From an uncultured virus (IMG/VR IMGVR_UViG_3300022914_000005) (taxonomy: Duplodnaviria; Heunggongvirae; Uroviricota; Caudoviricetes), in the IMG/VR virus record IMGVR_UViG_3300022914_000005: DNA of 64,000 nucleotides; one strand, 5' to 3'. Under the pieces are notes generated by a model. The model was given only the letters and a program-made list of their open reading frames with translations. It made no database searches and was not told where the DNA came from. Position 1 is the first letter of the stretch. Each line of letters opens with the position of its first letter. Made by a program: the position numbers and the translations under genes. Below are positions 59,201 through 64,000 of this stretch, piece by piece.

Positions 59201-62200
59201 CATCGGTGCGACCACGGGGCTCGTACATCGAGTAGATGTCAACCTTGTGCGCGCCATCTGGGACCTCGAACATCGAGTCAAACTCGCTCTCGAATTCTGG
59301 AGAAATCCCAGACGGAGTCTTAGACTCGCTTGGCATCGGCGAGATTTTGTCAATAGAGAACGTTCTCTCTTCCATCTCGCCATCGACGTCTAAGAACCCG
59401 ACGACGTTAGTTAGCCCGTTCTTCGGGTTACTGTAAATGCGACTTGGAGTAAACGTTCTCTCCTTGCCGCTGTACATGAACCGAACTGTTCCGCCGGCCT
59501 CCATCGCGTCTTCTATTGCAGATCTAATGCCGAAGAAGCTCGTATCTGTAATATCAGCGGGCCCGCCAGTGTATAGCTCTGGGTCTATGTCTGGAGTAAC
59601 CCCGTCAAAGATGTCTGGGTCGCCGTCACCTTCGGTTAGTTTCTGGAAAAGCTCGGCGTTCTCCTCGTCATCGTTGCTGAAACGTGCGTTAAGTGCACCG
59701 TCAGTCTCAGCGTCGCCAAGGAAGCTGCGAGCCTCCTCTGGAGTCAGCCTAGGCTTATCAAACGTAACAACAACCTTGCGTTCATCGCCCATTCCAAGAG
59801 GAGACCCGTCAAGACTGTCGTACAGACTGTCATTCTCTTCGATGTACCCGCCGGCGTCATTAACACGCTTAACGAGATCTTCGGTGAAGTCCTCTTCAAC
59901 CATTGGGAACGCAATTTGAACGCCATCGCCCTTAGGCTTAGTGTTCATTGGGCTAAGCGGATCGCTGCCGTCACCTTCGGTCGGAGGCGTGATGTCGTCA
60001 TCGGTTGGCTTGAAGAAGTCAAGAACCTCTTGGCCGAAGTTATCTCTGATCTCAGCGTCAAAGTCAGTAACTGACGGATCGCTTGAGTCTGCTCTGAACG
60101 CGACCTCGACGTCTTCTTCAGCGTCCTCTGGCGCGCGAACAATGGCAGTGACAATGTAGTTGCCAGGGCTTGGCTCCTCAAGAAATACCTCAGCGAGCTC
60201 GCCTTCGTACTCTGCGCTTATTGAGCCCTCTCGGTACTCACTCGAGGATACGGGAACCTGGCCTTCTGGGGTCTTGCCTTCTACAATGTCCTCAAGTTCG
60301 CCGTAGAAATCTTCTGTATCGTCGTCACCGTAGTAGAACGAGATTTTGTCGAAGTCGGCAACGTCTTCCCAGGACACTCTTTGAGTATCTGGAGAAGAAA
60401 GTCTTACTCCGTTCTCGTCGTGAGTGTACGTTACGTCAAAGCCGTCTTCGTCAGACTCAGTTACTACGCCGTAACCGTTCGGGCCCTGGACAATTGTCGC
60501 AATTCCTCTCTCGAGTTCGTCTTTTTCGGAAGGTTGGCGATCTACTTTCTTGAGAGTGGTGCCAGGTCTGCCTGTTTCGTCGCCTTTTGACTTGTCGTAG
60601 TCGATGACGCGGTCCATGACGTCTGTGATTTGAGAGTCCCTGCTTGGAGTTTCAGCAGCAGGTTTGCCGGAGTCAAGCTCGGGGAAGAACATGCCAGCCT
60701 GACCAGGCCTGTAGACCGTGTAGCCCTCATCGCCAGCAGCGTAGTCCCCATAGTACTTGGGCTTTCTTGGCCCACTCTTAGCAACTTCGTAGCCGCGGGA
60801 CTGTAACTCCGCGATAATGGAACTAGCAGAGTACTCAGACTTATCCGCAAACAGTGAATAGCCTCTGTCAAACGGTCTCTCCGCTCTCTTGCCATGTTTT
60901 GCGAGCTCCGCCATGAGCTCTTCGTCTGTCATCTGCTCGAGCTCTTTAGCCTTCTTGTCGTCGCGCTTTGGCCGAGGCTTCACTGGCTTCACTGGGGGGA
61001 AGAGATCACGTCTCTCCTCCTCAAGGAACTTTTCTATAGCTTTTCGAGCATCTCTCTCTGCGCGCTCTGCTTCTTTCTTTTCGCGCTCTTCTTCTTTTCT
61101 TCTCTCTTCGACAATTCTTGAGGTGTCCATCGGGCTAATCGGGTAGCCATCTGGAAACACGTCTTTTGGAAATACACCTGGCTCATCAGCACGACTGTTT
61201 ATCCACTTACGCCATTCCTCGTAAGTCATGTCTCGTGGGCCTGCGCCAATTTGATTCTTCCACGCCTCGTACGCCTCGCGGGAGTCGTCAAACATTTTTT
61301 CTCCGCTAGGGAAACGCGCCTCAGCAGCGTCTACCTCGCGGGCACCCTCTACAATCCTCTCGAGTTCACCATAGAAATCTTCTTGCTCCTCGGGTCTGAA
61401 TGAAACTTCTTGGAAGTCCTCAGTGACGTCTCCCCAGGCAACTGTCCGAGTTTCTGGAGAATCAAGTTTGTTCCCGTCCCTGTCGTGCGTGTACAGGATG
61501 TCGATGCCGTCGTCATCTATATCGGTGATTAGGCCAGAGCCGTTTGGCTCACTGACAATTGTCGCAATATCATTCTCGATTTCCTCTCGTTCGAGGACAT
61601 CCTCTCTTATGTAGTCAGATTTGAGAGCTCGATCTATAACGTCTGCAATTTGAGAGTCTCGGGTCGGGAATTCAGTGGCACCCTCTGCGTCAGCAGCCTC
61701 CTGTAGAACCTTCTCATATGCCGGCGAGTCATCTTTCGCGGCGCGCTGCACGTCAGCCCACGACTTGCCGTCAGCGACCTTTTCGCCAATGGAGTTGTCT
61801 GTGAGATCAGCACGATGGAGACTGTAGTCTCCGGTCTCAAGATTCTTTCGAACGAAGTAGCCGTCATCAGATACGAACTGCTCAAAGCCGGCGTCACCGC
61901 TATCTGCTCTCGACCACCCCGTGGGAGCGTCGAGACGACTGATTTCTCCTTCTCGAACGAGCGACTCGCGGCCGCCGGTAACTCTGTCGAGCTCTACCTC
62001 CGGGATCTCCTTAAGCGCTTCTCTCGAGATAATCGCCTTCGAAGACACGCCCTTTGACGAAGGGAGCGCGTAGATGCCGCCTGGAAGACTTGGGCTGTCA
62101 GTGATCTCGATCTCGATGTCATCGTCGCCAGACGCTCCAACAACACGTCCGGAGACTGAGAAAATGCTGCCATCAAGATCTAAGTTGAAGCTAAAGCCGC

Positions 62201-62852
62201 CGCCCATGAAGGCGAATCGACCGTAACGATCGCGTCGCTGCATTCTCGCGCGAAGCGAGCGAGCAGCTCTTGAGTTGCCACCGATGCCGAAGCCACCAAC
62301 AGCAACAATGCTAAGAGGCTCCGGAGCAATAGCGTCGTCGAGGCGCAGGTAAGTTGGCACAGCACCTGACGGCGCGACAGACAGACGGGTGAACGCGTGA
62401 ACTCTCTCTGACGAGCCGGGGAACGCCGAGTACGCGGCTGAAACAAGCGCGCGATAGCTGTCATCAATGAACGGGTCAGCCGCAAGCCAACGAGCATTCG
62501 CGTGACGAAGCGACGCGCTGTTCATCTTATGACTCTTTGTCGACGCCGGATGCGACACTGGAAGCAAATCGCAGTGACGCATCGACTGAGAAGTTTGTGT
62601 ATTAGAAGTGCAGAGTGAGATAAACTGTGACACCTCGCGAAGAGCGTTGAACACTCTTACTCGAGGGTCGTGCGTCACTGTTCGCGCCAGTGAACGGTTC
62701 GCTACAGCAATCGCAGCAGCAACAGCAACTCTGCGCTCCGGAAGAACGCGGCTGTTCGCATCAGCAACAAGCGCAAGAACGTCGGTACGGATCTTTATTC
62801 CGTACTGATGAATGAACTTACTCTTTGCAACACTTCTGTTTCTTGTTTTCAC
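47286..62852 (-). CDS. Giant polyvalent protein, 5188 aa (WYL, ART-like x4, kinase, DEDDh exonuclease, UvrD-like helicase, Nudix)
   Basis: Uninterrupted 15.6-kb ORF; FDYETTG..HRADAD exonuclease, ALAGTGKT/DEAQD/YVAVTRA helicase, WGLPGG..EETAEEIG Nudix, YRG..SFS..DEGEV ART, YYVK..NWD..N..DPG kinase. Confidence 0.92.
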   Translation of the reverse strand: MKTRNRSVAKSKFIHQYGIKIRTDVLALVADANSRVLPERRVAVAAAIAVANRSLARTVTHDPRVRVFNALREVSQFISLCTSNTQTSQSMRHCDLLPVSHPASTKSHKMNSASLRHANARWLAADPFIDDSYRALVSAAYSAFPGSSERVHAFTRLSVAPSGAVPTYLRLDDAIAPEPLSIVAVGGFGIGGNSRAARSLRARMQRRDRYGRFAFMGGGFSFNLDLDGSIFSVSGRVVGASGDDDIEIEITDSPSLPGGIYALPSSKGVSSKAIISREALKEIPEVELDRVTGGRESLVREGEISRLDAPTGWSRADSGDAGFEQFVSDDGYFVRKNLETGDYSLHRADLTDNSIGEKVADGKSWADVQRAAKDDSPAYEKVLQEAADAEGATEFPTRDSQIADVIDRALKSDYIREDVLEREEIENDIATIVSEPNGSGLITDIDDDGIDILYTHDRDGNKLDSPETRTVAWGDVTEDFQEVSFRPEEQEDFYGELERIVEGAREVDAAEARFPSGEKMFDDSREAYEAWKNQIGAGPRDMTYEEWRKWINSRADEPGVFPKDVFPDGYPISPMDTSRIVEERRKEEEREKKEAERAERDARKAIEKFLEEERRDLFPPVKPVKPRPKRDDKKAKELEQMTDEELMAELAKHGKRAERPFDRGYSLFADKSEYSASSIIAELQSRGYEVAKSGPRKPKYYGDYAAGDEGYTVYRPGQAGMFFPELDSGKPAAETPSRDSQITDVMDRVIDYDKSKGDETGRPGTTLKKVDRQPSEKDELERGIATIVQGPNGYGVVTESDEDGFDVTYTHDENGVRLSSPDTQRVSWEDVADFDKISFYYGDDDTEDFYGELEDIVEGKTPEGQVPVSSSEYREGSISAEYEGELAEVFLEEPSPGNYIVTAIVRAPEDAEEDVEVAFRADSSDPSVTDFDAEIRDNFGQEVLDFFKPTDDDITPPTEGDGSDPLSPMNTKPKGDGVQIAFPMVEEDFTEDLVKRVNDAGGYIEENDSLYDSLDGSPLGMGDERKVVVTFDKPRLTPEEARSFLGDAETDGALNARFSNDDEENAELFQKLTEGDGDPDIFDGVTPDIDPELYTGGPADITDTSFFGIRSAIEDAMEAGGTVRFMYSGKERTFTPSRIYSNPKNGLTNVVGFLDVDGEMEERTFSIDKISPMPSESKTPSGISPEFESEFDSMFEVPDGAHKVDIYSMYEPRGRTDETSEDYTDDPSELSTRFSQEELAKALREAVMPSESGDRAEGLGNLEFSDGDETVPAEALYEALQMSGVDADIILAGIYDSAFDDPNRVSNVERLQEFKGDMFDSPEYSPARSEIPQTQGEADRVTAQKAQRTGQSLDNERAQRAVELMRSHEETNPKIKEIADQIIFGRSDDPVLSFDEAFERFYPLSKSDDPADREAFRAFWGIVMSIDGGDGGDLAEPDVISPEDSRMRMLGAISNILERDGVDGDIASIAEDAYYEMIEEYGQYADYINGKKAISSGSDDLSADTTAAAFYRIVSSAASPNNRPLYRVLNIHKDNPEIETLLTEGSTFSMDARPFTAQEIADGSLMSRLFFPTGVNERRIVLEVPPGEIDSLNVSDMSFVPDEQEWIGFGELQVVSVREQSNEFGVETIVQVRRADAAAPEAPSAATAYDPDADDIETWSRTGGQAGSNPGGFYETPDGRRYYVKSPRSQSHAENEVLASAFYEMLGVPAARVRLGREDGDTRIVSTLIEDADTGDFEFRVDGGDTEYLDKVRQGFVADAWLANWDSVGLVYDNIVTDGNGDPVRLDPGGSLMYRARGAEKGSAFGNNVTELDTLRDPDLNPQAASVFGDIDDATLQAAAKRLRDITPSQIDETVDSIVSDPDDAALLKERLKARRQSILDRFGIQEGQDDPDLFPDPEPLTDAMGYQAQDLVPGDITATDSFVVEKVFRDSETPKGKVSIQGYYPGHESQRKEWNEDTEIEVSRGGTTPPKGDKPALHRPKRPYSPRSQETFSGDMRDLLEGAESWEEVAEIIRGTEIVYFDYETTGIGDGELNRPVQIGAVRIVNGEVVDRFNMYMNPEFRLSDWSKENLKREDGELVTDEWLETQPSMREAHERFIEFVGDRPILGGQNVPFDTEVLQRTLGEQGLELEIGGTIDSLPMARGTLPTWSSGSPDGPSQVGRDGKRRSSNSLGPVAEYLGVELGNWHRADADAEAAWDITDAMLTRASAPDADVSTESFDGREAEKIAQDRAEYDAAMSVYKDELADYEAAKAVAAAWNCGGAGITAAVGDGEGPCDVPDPDDMINNATPDESIVDPEGVPGGATDSNVSMADALDDGVVERPEKDGVNVKDPYADEKFPPTAQQRDVVDAVLTGENVVVRALAGTGKTSTLKLIARRLKKEQPKKRIAYVAFNKSIQLEADATMPGNVESRTGDSIAWRAIGSSLTDKRKKNRFNNKPSKLANDLGITGQPSPDEPDKDMTATQVYRAINKAVTNYTISADDEIGPQHFEFDNVPDEWIAKAGEIWDDLKSPSGVLPFNNNHATKIWALSRPDLSADGSGLDYKADVIFFDEAQDINPVIGKVIADQTAQVVYVGDGNQAIYGFRGAEDELQKISAPNDLPLTKSWRFGPQIAGIGNRFLAALGSDYRIEGGGPDGKILPRGGMPDADAVLVRSNAGAVREIYRELEAGRKVGVTKSFKEDLERFVRHADWLKSGARLDDRPQMHEDLAPFSSWDEVVKSLEDEDNKKLEFLVDLVDSEGVDGLYDMLGRLIPYTTNADVSSDELPSAPPLMPSEVASGSSGEVANGVMFEVSGDRVKLSGKTFDTKESIKALGFKWNAADKSWVRSIKGDDNRARTLNELRSKLAGDGSADRPDVVVSTAHRAKGLEWDRVRIGDDFRGPRVDGETGATIMPADEELRLAYVAVTRAQKQLDPGSLEYIYGYTTEADESPNLPSAPEADVPEAPEAPEAPPVPVEIDPERRAAEVAKYNLEDLGEGELDAVGSENSYIRQMFSDTWEAWVDGQSIGTAPTQEEIVEMYNERVGEVVDSRLSASEEVAETRDEVAPGGTPESPEALEGDMPLPPPSPDEAPVDTSGAIIEEVAFDPKTQKTFGDDLSEATDDLEMVKDDIYSKGSTGKKFKDALQRAIDAISDYTDGKISLSEAVSRLRNEEDGLDEFSTSTGKTKLDYDFAHGSVRDARRILDGSVYGPAEIGKGLPPEGSGLGFSKDGVFIKPGMRVRDKWGYAGTVVRYNESGGYVNVYILKDIDHRDPDKLGEKAKKSYGPKKYIDSKGTTALTVIKDGDDNSPWIDSGKVPEGKKPKNLDSQLEELRKMGDDDGEGPMGVEPPSPKPDDSGDSGEAPAGTTEALRENVEDNRRDDAWTGEESDRPESPGTDVAQASKNITEALRDSENPEYTADDETIKDLLREEIGQTSPDDTFITISPPSGFETTIRRSDAIAVVGDSPKVDAPEGAPNNDALAEEKQLKERIKVFEAKGGLTREEAEEYVALSKRINELRFDRRKDAKASVEDVADAAERLSTLSPETNLAAYKDLFKNKGVYTAIKSAASGVFFNADTDVDKIMDGDDPETSPQDFYDAFKATREALRSQYGDTVPLFRAVGAQKKKSTTNWATTREFVEQFGDNVVEELVPVERIAAVHVTRNGKYHEVIVLDEDYDISDLVDSPTVDAESEVSEKIKNFEPDDVLYSDDDELTSEFELAGFLQSRDVADRTISLLEEYLENNSKEENEYLDDLVDVLSNALQDDDNIGLKDVVSERIEFAESDDVKKKEALRALVAFLTFFDGGILDGYGTTERYLGGALSKIDKPSSMKDVVKFAQENKLPVSYGDLLRSQLKLVQGEEQIGGEEPSVAGAFFRLLTRLSESSPYSGKMYRGIVNNESTEDFITEGSTVTIPPRSFSKDVETSEEFGDIILEVDGEDAIGVDVSELSTWDEGEVIAYGSFKVDSVEDRGDGSYYVKLVKSQKSESLEEKVKSLEENTQDTETSDVDSPVDGDDSDAGEFSDSERAIIEGAGFEPGSVEDASYRISALRIIDSQREEQGKSQSDFTEQKVQLFIENIAKAVSEKHDTYSESPSKELARDYYSIASDEWLDANLVDARHPRPTREIVVKALESLNPFRVGSPHHIAWSRVLNSQLEETYDNAGILPDYEGRLTTPQTNKVFYFIEGDLKAKVESGKWRKYIEDADPEWVEQNINSSGEISNQKSIYPLQKATYKGVEFSQIDDDVWVAESFIDRYDVNVDDPDVLLPMFIPMGDGGADSAGEGYFFSAEKQRFWGRYGAGGALISFVDDDGEVKYVLGKRATWIPGGGGKWGLPGGAHRNRRNAEDPRTTAIEETAEEIGISINALTVPDFIHENDVTQDWRYSTVGFTVSAEDAKSAKISDNETSEIKFFTADELLRMVGTGELHPSLDEFMPELLERHSEALRARAETAKMSKNFTDYSNEDPFEVDEISEVLAKEYRQIFDEQGIPETVMGNTMAVVAAVRHAYSSEIDKSERGYLGELARIRDILNFARVAAVDINYNRRPDTPDGDAKPYNGAIETQTLAMISQGDVVGASIYLHAAIGEATDPEVRAVLGEFKNALINGRFKDIEVKDDWTISKKNQSSIGKNAVGGKDSWVAVATTLRESIESIKRIMADNPEAARKVSKLFMSDPALAARVAASRFLGPGRELREDVDVLPLTSSAFDDVPSMTEAISIANSADKKSIATSTLFDGSDIEDGEVEISRVKRNFSDKVKTQMSFKLTAWAAERLTAVAKQRARDDDSGWSVSTSTGTDRMRNTVIGYALYNTFIQVDDNGVKYVGESNDIRKEDGNGRLYLDRSMQELVYQGDGFSIRIATTSSGSSYSSPYTGLYNEEGGAVQGGSDNLIADVNRVRILFDDDNPSSEVVELAMKVAGVRDPRPATEQDIELLVENRAISVLSSEGNYNNPAFTTSGANRDRIVQELRQLYPSLFDYTVATDPATGKVEIRHSQELVDALRKRIALGGGESFWHAGNLPASYSETFDDSWITESEAAAKVVLRVLGLSEPDDIGAGVPGIVSSRKRFDSGIGIEGQSSYADYGTGSAEYAYISRATPRSIQMDPTSTYSTTNYAFELDPDVILSRLDIWANETDRFGARSERDPYNEMTSFDAYEILVKGAISPSAIKKVHVGTQVRENILVSLEARGISEINGVPVEDFFVLFERIY

Positions 62853-63520
62853 GACGTTGCCTCGCCTGTGTAACGTGGTAATAGATCTCGATCTCTGCTG
62901 TATCCTAGAAGTGTCACTAAATCCTTAGCACGGTCAAACGGGTTTTCGTCATTAGCGAGCGCGCGCTTCCACGCGGCTCGAACGGATGGAATGAACTCGT
63001 AGCCGAAGCCCGAGTACTCGGCCATCGCAACAATTGCTTCCTCTGGAGATGCATACTCGCTCTCATCGAGAATTTCAACAAACAACTCTTCATACACCGG
63101 GCGTGTACCTGCGGTAATCGCCGAAGCGTCTTTCTTTGACGACCTCGGATGCGTCGCCGGAAGAAGATCGTTATCTTGGGTGTAGTTTGGGTTTGACGGC
63201 TTACCGGAGCGAAGAAGCTTTAGATACGCGTTCACTCTTGCCATCGCCCATTGATCTCGTGTCTTGCCTGGGCGATGAGATGTTGAAAACGCGCCTGCAC
63301 CGCGGCGGTACACCGCCTTGAGCTGCCCCATCGTCGCCTTACGGCCAGCAGACGCCTTCTTATTGTGCTCCTGCATCTTGTTGCGAAGAGCTTTTTCAGT
63401 CTTGTCTGAAAACTTTATTTTCTTAGCGTTCTTTGCCTTTGCTGAACCAGGCTTATTTTTCTTTGAGCCCTTGATTCTCTCACTCGGCTTCGCCGGAACA
63501 CTGCTACTCTTTGCCATCAC
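62849..63520 (-). CDS. Basic head-operon protein, 223 aa
   Basis: LKAVYRRGAGAF..QWAMARVNAYL..DLLP..HP; coupled to the portal and the giant ORF. Confidence 0.8.
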   Translation of the reverse strand: MMAKSSSVPAKPSERIKGSKKNKPGSAKAKNAKKIKFSDKTEKALRNKMQEHNKKASAGRKATMGQLKAVYRRGAGAFSTSHRPGKTRDQWAMARVNAYLKLLRSGKPSNPNYTQDNDLLPATHPRSSKKDASAITAGTRPVYEELFVEILDESEYASPEEAIVAMAEYSGFGYEFIPSVRAAWKRALANDENPFDRAKDLVTLLGYSRDRDLLPRYTGEATS

Positions 63521-64000
63521 TGCGCCTCCGGTGGCTGTGGTGATTCTGGTTCTACGCCCTGCTGAGGCTCCGATGCCTGAGGCGGCGCTCCTTGAAGAAG
63601 TTGCTCGAGGCCGGGCGGCATCGGCGCGACACTCTGCGCCTGTTGTGCTGCTTTAGCCGCCTCGAGAGCTTCAGGCGCGAACGCTCCAATCATCGCTTCA
63701 GTGAGCTCTGGAGTGATCATGCCTTTCTCGAAGACGAGACGCATCGCGACCTCCTGAGGAGTCGGCGCATCTGAATCACTGAAACCGTGAGTCTTACGCC
63801 AGGTGTCAAACGACACCGCCATGCGATCAAAGCCGCTATCAGCGTCTGCCGCGCGGTCATTACGAGTCGCAACGGCGCTTGGGTCAAACCAAACAACGAT
63901 GCGCTCGACCTCTGTCTTATCGAAGCCGTTTGCAATCAGATAAGGACGAAGATATACAACGGTGAGCGCGTCGGCGATCAAAAGCATCAACGGCTCGATA
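63517..64000 (-). CDS. Portal protein, C-terminal part (runs off the window)
   Basis: IEPLMLLIADALTVVYLRP..VWFDPS..R..GF.DSDAP with a Pro/Gln-rich tail, as in actinophage portals; first gene of the head operon in this window. Confidence 0.75.
   Translation of the reverse strand, partial: IEPLMLLIADALTVVYLRPYLIANGFDKTEVERIVVWFDPSAVATRNDRAADADSGFDRMAVSFDTWRKTHGFSDSDAPTPQEVAMRLVFEKGMITPELTEAMIGAFAPEALEAAKAAQQAQSVAPMPPGLEQLLQGAPPQASEPQQGVEPESPQPPEAQ

Larger units (their letters stand above)
1..64000. mobile_element. Tailed bacteriophage genome segment (siphovirus-like, probable actinobacterial host)
   Basis: Continuous phage gene content: portal, prohead protease, capsid, major tail, tail chaperones, tape measure, Dit, PolA, helicase, WhiB. 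No host housekeeping genes and no integrase seen. Confidence 0.95.

Noticed and set aside
29182..63935. Many long plus-strand ORFs opposite the structural genes (and minus-strand ORFs opposite the left arm)
   Set aside because: Antisense shadows of real genes with low-complexity Ser-rich translations and no recognisable motifs.
1..64000. tRNA/rRNA genes, integrase, stop-codon reassignment
   Set aside because: Intergenic gaps show no tRNA motifs by eye, no recombinase ORF is present, and genes tile densely under the standard code using all three stops.

Overview
The whole window is a segment of a large, siphovirus-like tailed phage genome. WhiB, leaderless-style promoters and the head/replication gene set resembling mycobacteriophage cluster B-type phages point to an actinobacterial host. 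The + strand (1-28070) carries a paralog-rich virion/tail-appendage cassette (1-7.2 kb) and distal tail/tail-tip genes (7.3-11.8 kb). It then carries a replication and nucleotide-metabolism arm (PolA, RuvC-like, SNF2 helicase, PD-(D/E)XK nuclease, AAA ATPase, SSB) interleaved with an apparent pyrimidine hypermodification pathway. The - strand (28072-64000) carries the portal C-terminus, a 5188-aa multi-enzyme protein, a multi-module prohead protease, capsid, neck and tail genes, and tape measure. Two candidate systems stand out. (1) A DNA-modification pathway: a dCMP-type (Asp-specificity) thymidylate-synthase homolog, a dNMP kinase-UDG-fold fusion, two deaminases, an all-alpha dNTPase, two T4-BGT-like glycosyltransferases, and a C5-methyltransferase-fold protein with remodelled SAM motifs including motif X GN->GK. 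(2) A giant polyvalent head-operon protein (WYL, about 4 ADP-ribosyltransferase-like domains, kinase, DEDDh exonuclease, SF1 helicase, Nudix) that shares putative targeting and cleavage motifs with other head proteins. All assignments come from motif reading by eye; no searches were run.
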